Source: a virus
Lineage: Duplodnaviria; Caudoviricetes
IMG/VR virus record: IMGVR_UViG_3300020042_004977
Span: 1 to 32,777 of that record
Reading direction: 5' to 3' (one strand)
Length of the DNA: 32,777 bases
Below, piece by piece: positions 15,969 to 25,164 of the stretch. The notes below the pieces were generated by a model. That model saw only the letters and a list, made by a program, of their open reading frames with translations. It was not told the origin of the DNA and made no database searches. The position numbers were made by a program, and so were the translations under genes. The stretch's first letter is position 1. Each line of letters begins with the position of its first letter.

Positions 15969-18062
15969 TTAATAAAATAAAAAATAAGGTACATTGACAA
16001 CTGCAGTTGTTGCACTCATGGCAATTGATGATGGTGCATTTGCAGTTGTATTTGCTATAAATGTTGAAAATTTGATTCCATTTGGATTGACTGCTGATGG
16101 TGGATCTGATGGTGATTGTGTTGATGCAATTACCAGTGGGTCTCCAGCACCAATTGTTGGTGTACCAGAACCACTGAATTGATATCCGATAAAGTACAAA
16201 CCTTTTGTCAAGAATGTTGGTGTCAATGATTTTGTTGACCATGTATTGATTGTACTATTCCAGAATGTTCCATCATTAGCAGTTTGAAAAACCCTTGTAA
16301 GTGTTCCACCACTTAAAGTATAGATTGCAATTCCATTGTAATTGACTGCAACATTTGTGAATGGTGACCTATTGAAAAATGCAATCCCACGAAGTGTGTC
16401 TGATACATTCCAATTGAATGGGTAAAGATAGAATCTGTTTGTTGTCAAACCTTGTTGACCAGACATATTTGCCAATGTGATTCCGTATGGTTCTGCTTTA
16501 ATTCCATAAGACAACAATTGCAAAAAATCAAGATTGGAAACTTCTTTTTCAATTCTATTGGACAAAGATGCAGTATCACTTGCATTCAATTTTGCATTGA
16601 TTGCAGTTCTGTAATTGCTCAACATGTTGGATGTGTCACTGATGTTTACCTTGTTGTTTAATTGCGTTTGTATTGCACTTGTAGTACCTTTTACATTTGT
16701 TAATTCACCTACTGAAGGATAAATACTTGTTGGCATTCCACTGACACTTCCATCTGAATTAACTTGTAATATTAGTTGCTGACCTACTGATGGGATTTTT
16801 ATGTTGGATGAAAAAGTTTTTGTTCCAGCAATTGTTTGTGCAGTTGTTAAGTTTACAAAATTGTTCAAATTTGTTTTTGTTGCAATTTTGTTTGTGGTGT
16901 CAACTACTGAAAAAATACTTTTATTCTTCCATAATGTTGTTGCAGTATCATACACAACAATGTCATTGTGTACTGGTGTGTTGGTGATTAAGTCAACATC
17001 ATGTATCTCTTTGAATTCAAATCCATTCTGGACCTTCACAAATATTTCACCATTTCCAGCACTTACCTTTGTAACTATTCCAATGAATACCAGATGTGCT
17101 GGTGCATAAGGTTTGTTTACAAGTCCATAAATTAATGCACCATTAACACCCAACCATACTGGATCACCAGCAGTTGCACCTTGTGTATTCAATCCACCCA
17201 ATAGTCCTTCAGTAATTACAAAACCAGTTGATGTTCCACCAGTTGTTGTGATGTCTGATTGCATCAATCCCATTGTCTTGCTTGATGTTCCTTCTGATGT
17301 ATTACTTGCTTTGCCAACAAGTATATTTGTTCCATTGCTACTTGTCACATACACTGCAGTTCCTTTGCTTATCAATCCAGTTCCATTGTTTTTTACAATA
17401 TGTTTGACTTGACTTGTCCAGTCTGCATAGTTGTCTTGCCATGTAGCATTGTAATTTGTTGAGTCAACCTTTGTAAGTATTTGACCAGCACTACCACCAA
17501 TTGGTAAACCACCAACACCACCAACACCACCAAACCAACTTGCTGACTTTTCTATTCTACCACTACTACCAATCATTAAAGGTTTGTATTCTGTTGTGTC
17601 TGTTAATGTATTTAAACCTAAAATTCTCAACCCATTTGGACCACCACTTGTTGATATATCAATGTCATTTGCTTGTAATTGAAACTTTGCCATGTCTTCA
17701 TCTTTACCACCAAAAACAAGAATCCCATCACTTTTAATTGTATCAGCACCACCAAGAATTGTTGAACCACTTGTATTCCAAAAGTCACCACCAGCAGAAC
17801 CACCAATCTCTGACCATGTCAAAGTCTTTGGATTGTACTTGTACAATTTGTTGTTGCATGAATCAAATGCAATTGCACCATTCTTGTTTGCTTTCACCAC
17901 ACTTCTCAAAGTTGGTACACCACAAAATGTGGGAATCTGAAGTGTGGAATCAAATGCCATCCTATTTGCTCTGTATCCATATTGTGGCATTTCTTGATAG
18001 ACTTGACCAAATGTGACAAGTCTGAATGTGATAAGTAGTAGTAGTATTGATAGTTGTTTCAT
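15969..18062 (-). CDS. Fibre/spike-like protein with a predicted Sec signal peptide
   Basis: Fibre-type motifs LP.GG.AGQILTK...YNATW, EIHDV...ND..VYD...LWKN, AQTIAGTKTF; Gly/Thr rich; N-terminus MKQLSILLLLITFRLVTFG-Q. Confidence 0.7.
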   Translation of the reverse strand: MKQLSILLLLITFRLVTFGQVYQEMPQYGYRANRMAFDSTLQIPTFCGVPTLRSVVKANKNGAIAFDSCNNKLYKYNPKTLTWSEIGGSAGGDFWNTSGSTILGGADTIKSDGILVFGGKDEDMAKFQLQANDIDISTSGGPNGLRILGLNTLTDTTEYKPLMIGSSGRIEKSASWFGGVGGVGGLPIGGSAGQILTKVDSTNYNATWQDNYADWTSQVKHIVKNNGTGLISKGTAVYVTSSNGTNILVGKASNTSEGTSSKTMGLMQSDITTTGGTSTGFVITEGLLGGLNTQGATAGDPVWLGVNGALIYGLVNKPYAPAHLVFIGIVTKVSAGNGEIFVKVQNGFEFKEIHDVDLITNTPVHNDIVVYDTATTLWKNKSIFSVVDTTNKIATKTNLNNFVNLTTAQTIAGTKTFSSNIKIPSVGQQLILQVNSDGSVSGMPTSIYPSVGELTNVKGTTSAIQTQLNNKVNISDTSNMLSNYRTAINAKLNASDTASLSNRIEKEVSNLDFLQLLSYGIKAEPYGITLANMSGQQGLTTNRFYLYPFNWNVSDTLRGIAFFNRSPFTNVAVNYNGIAIYTLSGGTLTRVFQTANDGTFWNSTINTWSTKSLTPTFLTKGLYFIGYQFSGSGTPTIGAGDPLVIASTQSPSDPPSAVNPNGIKFSTFIANTTANAPSSIAMSATTAVVNVPYFLFY

Positions 18063-18064
18063 AT

Positions 18065-18496
18065 TTATATTGTTGGTACATCACATGCACTCCATTCTCC
18101 GTTTGTTGATATTGTAAATGTCATTGTCACTCCAGACAAGTAGTCTTCAAATTTCTCACTCAATGCAGTCCACACAATCTGGTCATCAATTGAATATGCA
18201 ATCTTCTGTCTCATTAGATTGATGATGTCACCAGCAATCTGGTGCTGGTCACTTGTCACATCTGTTTCAAATTCTCCTTCAACACCACTTTTATCCAAGA
18301 ACCAAAATTGTACCGAAAATGTCAATTCCCTTCCAATGTTAAAATTTCCATTCTCAATGTAATACAATGCAACTGGAAGGATTGCTTCATTTTCCCATGC
18401 TAACCATTCCACTGGTGTTGCGAATCTTACATCCTTTATCATTGCATGACTTTTCAACAATGTGTCTATCTCCTTTACTACTTGATTGTAAGTCAT
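18065..18496 (-). CDS. Tail terminator/completion protein (probable)
   Basis: Acidic, 143 aa, follows the adaptor; alternating beta pattern ending EKFEDYLSGVTMTFTI...CDVP. Confidence 0.55.
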   Translation of the reverse strand: MTYNQVVKEIDTLLKSHAMIKDVRFATPVEWLAWENEAILPVALYYIENGNFNIGRELTFSVQFWFLDKSGVEGEFETDVTSDQHQIAGDIINLMRQKIAYSIDDQIVWTALSEKFEDYLSGVTMTFTISTNGEWSACDVPTI

Positions 18497-18552
18497 TGAA
18501 TTTTGTTTTTACTTTTACTATGTATTCTTTTTTATATCCTTTGCTCATAAAA

Positions 18553-19338
18553 TTAATTGTATAAGAAAGTGAATATTTCCCCAACCATGCAAATGTCTCC
18601 AGTTGCCAATCTTACTACTTCATTGTTGATTTGAATTTCTCCAGTATTGGTTGTTGTTGTGTTTACAATTGCCTTCTGCAGTCCACTTCTGAATGCAAGT
18701 TTGGTTGTTCTTCCATACAATGCATTCACACTGAATGTTGATTCCCCACCAATTGCAGTGTAGATTGCAACCAATGGTGATTGTGCTGGTGAATTAGAAT
18801 TGACAAAAGTCTTTCCACCCATATCATTCCCAAGATAGATTGGACATGTGTATGCTTTCTGTTCTGGGAAGATGGTGTCATAAGCAGAACCAGTATTGAT
18901 GTACTCATAGTACAAGTTGTAGTTCTCTTTCAGATAGTCAATAAGTCTGGTCTTGTAGAATTCTGCCATTGAAGTGTATTTCTGTTCAAGCATTTCCATG
19001 TCACTTCTTGATGGTGTATTGCTTTCTTCAGATGTCTTCTGCAAGAATCCTTTGCTGAACAATTGGAATCCCATTGTCATTGGCAACATGCTCATGGTGA
19101 ACCATATCAATGTATCAGTGATGTAGTCATCAATCAATATCTTTTCATTGATAGTAAGATTGTTTCCATCCACACCACTTTGAAGTCTTTTGTACAATGC
19201 AGAACCCAATGCTGGTTGAATGTAGATGTCTCCAGCAACTTTTATCATTGGGAATAATTGCTTACCATCAATGTTGTTGGATGCACCAGTTCTGTCCTTG
19301 AATGTTTGTTCAGTTATGAAAAGAATATTTTTACTCAT
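18553..19338 (-). CDS. Head-tail adaptor-like protein with extra C-terminal beta domain
   Basis: Directly after the portal (1-nt overlap); LFITEQTFK...YIQPALGSALY..L helical domain, then a ~75-aa beta-rich tail. Confidence 0.6.
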   Translation of the reverse strand: MSKNILFITEQTFKDRTGASNNIDGKQLFPMIKVAGDIYIQPALGSALYKRLQSGVDGNNLTINEKILIDDYITDTLIWFTMSMLPMTMGFQLFSKGFLQKTSEESNTPSRSDMEMLEQKYTSMAEFYKTRLIDYLKENYNLYYEYINTGSAYDTIFPEQKAYTCPIYLGNDMGGKTFVNSNSPAQSPLVAIYTAIGGESTFSVNALYGRTTKLAFRSGLQKAIVNTTTTNTGEIQINNEVVRLATGDICMVGEIFTFLYN

Positions 19339-21470
19339 TATGATTTAAGTTTTACAAGATTACTCACCCATCTATGTCTGCAATAATATCTATGTTTACC
19401 AGATGGCAAAGTGTACCATCCACCTCTTCTATCCCATACAGAATATCCAAGTCTTGCAGATATGCTTTCAATGTCTGCTCTTCCCCACATTTTCTTCTCT
19501 GACAACTTCAACATCTTTGCACAAAAAGGTCTGTTTCTGTTGTCTTCTGGTCCTTCATAAGTATAACGAATCACAAGTTCAGTGATGGTTGAATCTTTCC
19601 CTTTCAAAGAAGATACTGGTTTCAATACCTTGATTTTTGGATTGACATTCACATCAGATGGAATAAGTTCAATTATACTTGCCTTCACAAAGTCATTGAT
19701 GATATTCTTCACCACATCAAGTTCCAACTTCAATGTGTCTGCAATGACTTCTGGTGTGATGTTTGAATCCTTTGTCATCAAGTCCAAGACATTTGCTTGG
19801 TTTTTTGATAGTGATGGTGTGATTGACCAGTCTGCAAAGTTCTCATGGATTGCCAATTTTGATTCAACTATCTCATACATGTCTCTGTCATCCCCACAAC
19901 TTGAAAATTCTTGAATCATTTTTTCATCTTCATCATCTGCAGAAAACTTTTGTGGTTCATCATCAGTATTTGGATTGGCATCTATACCAAGAAAAGTATT
20001 CACATCTTCATCAGTAAAACCAAAACCACTTTTCAACATCATTGATGCTTGTTCTTTGTTAAGTTTACCATTTCCAAATTGTCTCACAATCCTCATGACA
20101 TTCTGGTATTGTCTTCCAGTTAGATTCTTGATGGCAGTATTTTCTTGTTGTTGTACTGGTTGTGGTTCTGCTGGAAGTCCAGTTGTTGCAGATGGTATTC
20201 CAGATGGAATTGGATTCTTTGGTGGAAGTCCAGCAAGGTTTCTGATTTCATCTTCTGTCATTAGTTCCAGAACCTTGGTTGCAACTACTGGTGACAAAGA
20301 ATTGATATTGTCATTTATTTGTTTTGCTTCTGCTGATATTGTTTGTTCTTGAATCTCTTTGCCCATCAATTCACGAATTTCATCCTTGGTCAGATTTTGT
20401 GCCATGATTGCTTCACTGAATTCAAACTTCAATGGTTCTAATGGTATCAACTTGAATTCACCTTGTTCACCTTTAAGATTCCTTAAGTTGGTGATTATCT
20501 TACTGACTTCTTGTTGTCTTTCCTTTACGTAAACATTGTTGAAAATCTCATATCCATCACGAATCTCATTCCTTTGTCCTAATGCACCAGCAGTTGCAAT
20601 TCCAAACAATGCTGGTGTCACCACTTGGTGTGATGCATAGATTTCAGACTGAATCAGTGTGTTCACATTGGTGAAGTCTTCCTTGGTCAACATGGTGTTC
20701 CCCAATGGAATCACTTCTGCAGAATTCTCCCTTGACTTGTTGAACATTATCACAACCCTCTTCCCTTCAGAACCAGTAAACTTCTTCAAAAGTCCTCTTT
20801 CCACTTCACCTTTGTGTTCTTCATTTAGTGGGTCTCCCGAATTGAGATTGATTAAGGTACTGCCCACAAAACCTTGCAATGAATTCCCAAGGATGTGTCT
20901 TGACACTTGAATGTCACTACAGATGTAGTTCAACCCTTGCATGTATGAACATACTGGATAAACATCAGACATTGGATTGTATTCTTTGTAGTATAGAATC
21001 TGACTGCCTATTCTATTGTTTACATTGAATGCTGAATATTCCCTTGGTTTCTCTCTGGAATCCTTCCAGTCATTCTTCACATAAAAACACTTTAAATCTT
21101 TGCTAACTCTGACCTTTGCAAATTCAATATGGTACACATCAGATATCTGTCCAATTCTATTCCATATCACTTGCAGATAGTATCCTCTGTAAAGTTCATC
21201 ATCCTTGATACATCTTTTTACAATGTTGTTCCAAGTTTCTCCAGATGAATTTGCCACACCTTCATTCTCAAACCCTTGCCCATACACATAATTTGCCTTT
21301 GATTTGACAATTGAACCATGTTTTGGTGACTCATTAAAAAGTGACAGAAGGTAGTTTGGATAGTCATTTTTGTCACCAAATTCCACATAGTTCTTCTGCT
21401 TGTTCTCCTTGTACACTGGTTGTTGTGCTTGGTCAAAATGAAGAACAATATGTTTGTACTGATTATCCAT
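19338..21470 (-). CDS. Portal protein with long C-terminal extension
   Basis: Likely start MDNQ at 21470; FGDKNDYP..L..L..ESP.H..IV, KKFTGS.G, I.ASHQV.TPALFGI core, plus ~330 extra aa. Confidence 0.8.
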   Translation of the reverse strand: MDNQYKHIVLHFDQAQQPVYKENKQKNYVEFGDKNDYPNYLLSLFNESPKHGSIVKSKANYVYGQGFENEGVANSSGETWNNIVKRCIKDDELYRGYYLQVIWNRIGQISDVYHIEFAKVRVSKDLKCFYVKNDWKDSREKPREYSAFNVNNRIGSQILYYKEYNPMSDVYPVCSYMQGLNYICSDIQVSRHILGNSLQGFVGSTLINLNSGDPLNEEHKGEVERGLLKKFTGSEGKRVVIMFNKSRENSAEVIPLGNTMLTKEDFTNVNTLIQSEIYASHQVVTPALFGIATAGALGQRNEIRDGYEIFNNVYVKERQQEVSKIITNLRNLKGEQGEFKLIPLEPLKFEFSEAIMAQNLTKDEIRELMGKEIQEQTISAEAKQINDNINSLSPVVATKVLELMTEDEIRNLAGLPPKNPIPSGIPSATTGLPAEPQPVQQQENTAIKNLTGRQYQNVMRIVRQFGNGKLNKEQASMMLKSGFGFTDEDVNTFLGIDANPNTDDEPQKFSADDEDEKMIQEFSSCGDDRDMYEIVESKLAIHENFADWSITPSLSKNQANVLDLMTKDSNITPEVIADTLKLELDVVKNIINDFVKASIIELIPSDVNVNPKIKVLKPVSSLKGKDSTITELVIRYTYEGPEDNRNRPFCAKMLKLSEKKMWGRADIESISARLGYSVWDRRGGWYTLPSGKHRYYCRHRWVSNLVKLKS

Positions 21471-21828
21471 TGTATGTCTTGAATTGATTTGATTGTTCTG
21501 AATAGTATTCTGGTGCAAAGTTAGTTGCTGGATTCAAGTTCATGTATCCAGTTTCCAGTATTGGTGTTGTTGGTACACCACCAATTGATGCAGAACCATA
21601 AATCTCATAAGTCCAAAGTCCAGTATCTTCATTTAAGAAGTATGTATTGGTCACAATTGAGAATCTTTGATATCTGTCAGTTGTACTGGTATTAGTCAAC
21701 CACAATGCAACTTCATCTTGTGTGATTCTGTTTGTAAATATAAACTTAAAGATTGTAATTGCAAGACTTGTCATCTCTTTTGAAGTGACAATAATTGTAT
21801 CAGTATTTCCTTTTTTTAAGTTTATCAT
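21463..21828 (-). CDS. Virion structural protein (beta-rich, neck/head-closure-like)
   Basis: Likely start MINLKKG at 21828; G.WTYEIY...LETG motif; lies between major tail and portal. Confidence 0.55.
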   Translation of the reverse strand: MINLKKGNTDTIIVTSKEMTSLAITIFKFIFTNRITQDEVALWLTNTSTTDRYQRFSIVTNTYFLNEDTGLWTYEIYGSASIGGVPTTPILETGYMNLNPATNFAPEYYSEQSNQFKTYNG

Positions 21829-21835
21829 ATTAATC

Positions 21836-21869
21836 AAAAAAACCACCAACTGAATTGGTTGGTGGTTTT
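21836..21869 (-). terminator. Terminator after the major tail gene
   Basis: AAAACCACCAAC-N7-GTTGGTGGTTTT perfect stem with a minus-strand T-run. Confidence 0.85.
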
Positions 21870-21891
21870 CATATTGTTAAGGATATTTTAA

Positions 21892-22431
21892 TTAAGTTCC
21901 AGCAACAACTAATGATGGGATAAGTCCAGATGGAACAACCAAGAAGTCTTCTGATTCTGTAGATGAAAAACTTAAATTGTATCCGTTTCTATCACCTAAT
22001 GCCACACCAGAAGTTGCTTCACCAGTATCCATAGTCAAACCAAATGACCTTCCAAACATCTTGAAACTTCCATCACCTTCCTTCACTACGAATGTGACAC
22101 GATTTTTGGCAAGTGTTGCAACAATGTTTCTGATGGTCACATCTCTCTTATTGATAGGGAATGTCACCATGTGTGTATAAAATATTGTTCCGTTTTCTTG
22201 TGATGAAGTGATGGTGTTGCTGGTTGATGCAGTTCCCCTTGGTACTTGAAATTCATAGAATCTCTTTCCAGTGTTCTTGGTGATAGCACTTACCAATCCA
22301 CTTGCATCAATAACCCTTGAATTTCCACTTGCATCATACAATGCAGAATTTTCAATCAAGTATATTGTTTCTACTCCACCTACTGAATCTCTGCAATCAA
22401 TTGCATATCCAGATGTAATTGCACATGGCAT
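21892..22431 (-). CDS. Major tail (tube) protein
   Basis: CAITSG...DC.DSVGGV, ENGTIFY...V, G.A.GD.NGYNLSF; follows the capsid gene and has its own terminator. Confidence 0.7.
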   Translation of the reverse strand: MPCAITSGYAIDCRDSVGGVETIYLIENSALYDASGNSRVIDASGLVSAITKNTGKRFYEFQVPRGTASTSNTITSSQENGTIFYTHMVTFPINKRDVTIRNIVATLAKNRVTFVVKEGDGSFKMFGRSFGLTMDTGEATSGVALGDRNGYNLSFSSTESEDFLVVPSGLIPSLVVAGT

Positions 22432-22485
22432 ATTAAATAAATTTTATATTGTTTTTTAAAATAATATCTCTATTCCGTTTGAATC

Positions 22486-22522
22486 AAAAAAAATGGTGGT
22501 GTATATTTCACCACCATTTTTC
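22486..22522 (-). terminator. Terminator after the major capsid gene
   Basis: AAAAAATGGTGG-N11-CCACCATTTTTT; potentially bidirectional. Confidence 0.85.
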
Positions 22523-22541
22523 TTATAATTTGCTATTAAAA

Positions 22542-23504
22542 TTAGATTCCAGCAATGAATTTCACACACTCATTGGTGAATGCTACGTTAACACCCATCT
22601 TGAATGCCACTCTGAATCTTACTTGGTTGTTGTCTTCAGAATACCACATCTTGTATGATTGTGGTTCATCTACCAAGTCAACTGCCATTGCCATGTTGCT
22701 CATTGAGATTGCAAATGCATCACCAGTTCCGTTCAACCCATTAGTTGAAACTACTTCAATGTTGGTTGCTGGAAGGATGAATGAACCAGAATTTGCATCT
22801 TGTGGATTGTATGCAAACATGTTCAATGCTCTGTATGCCATAATCAACAATCTGTACCAGTCATTTCCCACAAAGATTTTCACATCTCCTTTGCTTAACA
22901 CTGCAACTGGAATTGCTTTGTAGATTGCTTCAGTTGCACTTATCACATTTGATTGTGTGATGGTTGTGATTACAGATGCACCAATGAATCCACTTGTATT
23001 TGCATTTACTGCTGATGATGTAGCACCATTGATTAACTTGATTAAACCATCAAACTTATTCACTGCAGTTGCACCAGTTGTATCACCTTGCCATAAGCAT
23101 GTTTCCAATTGACTTGATATTCTTGCATTCTTCTTTGCAAGATATGCTTCTTGGAAGTCAGCATTGCCGAAGTCAGTATAAGTAGAACCAGATTTCAATG
23201 CCATTTGGGTAAAAAATAACTCAAGGTCTTTAGGACAGATGGTCTCTTCAATCTTGATACGTCCAACTGAAATTGTTCTTTGTGTGAAAGAAGTAGTTCC
23301 AGAAGGTTGGTACTCACAATTGTCTGTCTGGAATACTGCATCAGTATCCATCAAAGGAATTGCAACTACTGACTTTGCATTTGGAATCACTATTCCAGAA
23401 TCCTTAATCATCTGTTGTGTCTTACCATCAAATACTGCTGAAGTCAACAATGGTTTGATAAGTTGGTTGGTATAATTTGATAAACCCGTTAAATCTAATG
23501 CCAT
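22542..23504 (-). CDS. Major capsid protein
   Basis: 320 aa after protease and scaffold; ICPKDL, E..LWQGD...FDGLIK, FK.GV motifs; followed by a terminator. Confidence 0.85.
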   Translation of the reverse strand: MALDLTGLSNYTNQLIKPLLTSAVFDGKTQQMIKDSGIVIPNAKSVVAIPLMDTDAVFQTDNCEYQPSGTTSFTQRTISVGRIKIEETICPKDLELFFTQMALKSGSTYTDFGNADFQEAYLAKKNARISSQLETCLWQGDTTGATAVNKFDGLIKLINGATSSAVNANTSGFIGASVITTITQSNVISATEAIYKAIPVAVLSKGDVKIFVGNDWYRLLIMAYRALNMFAYNPQDANSGSFILPATNIEVVSTNGLNGTGDAFAISMSNMAMAVDLVDEPQSYKMWYSEDNNQVRFRVAFKMGVNVAFTNECVKFIAGI

Positions 23505-23529
23505 GTCTTTTGTTTTTTAATTGTAAAAA

Positions 23530-24105
23530 TTATGAAAATAAGATATCATAAGACATCTCTTTCTTTTCTTGTTTGAAATTATTGTTTGTTTTGATAGATG
23601 CATCTGGTGTTCCAGTTGGTGTTTCTGCAAGTGTTTGTGTAAGATTCAACAAACCTTCAATCACCTTGGTTGCCTTGTTCAATCTTGATTCATAGGTTGC
23701 AAACTTCTCTTCATAGTCAGCAAACTTTGCTTCATAAGATGTGAATTTCTCCTTGGTTGAATTTTCAAATGCAGAAAACTTTGCACTCATTTCTTCTTCC
23801 TTTGGTTTGTATCCAGCATCAGTCACAACTTTGATCTCCATGATTACACCATTGTCACCAAGTACAATGATTGTTCCATCTTCCAATTCGTGTTCACCAA
23901 TTGGTGCTGGTACACCTTGGATTGTAACTATTCCACCAATTTCCAATTCAGTGACTTCAACTTCAGTTCCGTCTTTCAACTTTGCAATTGCCATCTTTAC
24001 TGGTTCTGGTATTGCTGATGGTGTTGTTGGTGGAACAACATCTGCATTCTTTACCAATTCATTGAATTGGATTCTTAATTTTTCAATTATTTCTTTTGCG
24101 TTCAT
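23530..24105 (-). CDS. Capsid scaffolding protein
   Basis: Acidic; PAP.GEHELEDG..I....G.I.EI motif and heptad coiled coil; lies between protease and capsid. Confidence 0.75.
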   Translation of the reverse strand: MNAKEIIEKLRIQFNELVKNADVVPPTTPSAIPEPVKMAIAKLKDGTEVEVTELEIGGIVTIQGVPAPIGEHELEDGTIIVLGDNGVIMEIKVVTDAGYKPKEEEMSAKFSAFENSTKEKFTSYEAKFADYEEKFATYESRLNKATKVIEGLLNLTQTLAETPTGTPDASIKTNNNFKQEKKEMSYDILFS

Positions 24106-24119
24106 ACAATATAATGGGA

Positions 24120-25154
24120 TTATTCTTCAATAATATCGTTTAAAAGTTTAGAAATTGTTTTCAATGCATTCTCTTCAGCACTTATTGGTTCTGTATAATC
24201 AAACAATCCTTCAACTGAAAACCCTCTGAATGTACCATCTTTCAGTTGTTGCCACACTTCATCATTCTCCACATAGAATGAACCAAACCATGAACCATCT
24301 GCAACATCTTCAAATCCTTTCATTGGTTGCACACCTCTGTTCTTGTCCACCAACCAACTTTCAAACATGGTGACATTCTTCACTGATTGATTAGAATCAT
24401 GCATCAGATTCACATTTGTCTGGAATTTCTGTTTTGCCCACTTGATTGCAATGGTCTTGATGGTATCAGCAGAAAATTTCACATAGTGTTCACCCATGGT
24501 CTCATTCATTCTGTAGATAAGTAAATCTGATTCCATGAGACAACCAGTCACAATTCGTTCATCTTCATTCACTATCTTGAATTTCTGGTGTGTAGAAAAC
24601 TTATCCCCATCAATCTCTTTCAATTTCCTTGATGCCCATTCAACACCAGCATCACCACCCCATGCCAACCACATAAGTCTTCCACAACCATCACCCAATT
24701 CCCTTTGTGAATTTTGTCTATGTCTTGCAAATGATGCCATCCTTGCAATTGTGTCTCTCGTTAATGGTTCATTATTTGCCAACATGTTTGCTCTTTTTTT
24801 TCCAGTTGCTTCACCACAATCACCCCATCCATTCTTTTCTGCCCATCTCAATGCAGTCTTTGCATTCTCAATTGCTTCCTTTGGATAGTCTGTATAGGAT
24901 TCTTCAAATTCTCCATGATGGTACAAGTACTCACTATCTTCTGTATGTGTTGCACCAGTCATCAATTTTCCATCTGCATCTTTATGTGTTGGACCAGTCC
25001 ACAACTTTCCATCTTTGGTGTAGTGTGGCATCCCTTCTGCAAAGATGCTGAACAATCTCTTTGTTGCTGGTTCATCAACCAATGCTATTGCAGACACTTG
25101 TGAATCATCATCCAAGTTTTCTGATATAATCAATTCATAAATAGGTAAAGTCAT
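24120..25154 (-). CDS. Prohead serine protease (XkdF-like) with internal inserted domains
   Basis: AIALVDEPA, RIVTG.LM..D..IYR, NLMHD, ESWLV, GSWF, GFSVEG. Confidence 0.8.
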   Translation of the reverse strand: MTLPIYELIISENLDDDSQVSAIALVDEPATKRLFSIFAEGMPHYTKDGKLWTGPTHKDADGKLMTGATHTEDSEYLYHHGEFEESYTDYPKEAIENAKTALRWAEKNGWGDCGEATGKKRANMLANNEPLTRDTIARMASFARHRQNSQRELGDGCGRLMWLAWGGDAGVEWASRKLKEIDGDKFSTHQKFKIVNEDERIVTGCLMESDLLIYRMNETMGEHYVKFSADTIKTIAIKWAKQKFQTNVNLMHDSNQSVKNVTMFESWLVDKNRGVQPMKGFEDVADGSWFGSFYVENDEVWQQLKDGTFRGFSVEGLFDYTEPISAEENALKTISKLLNDIIEE

Positions 25155-25164
25155 AATGTATATT

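Noticed and set aside
24606-25034. Protease insertion as an intein
   Set aside because: No N-terminal Cys/Ser block or C-terminal His-Asn junction.
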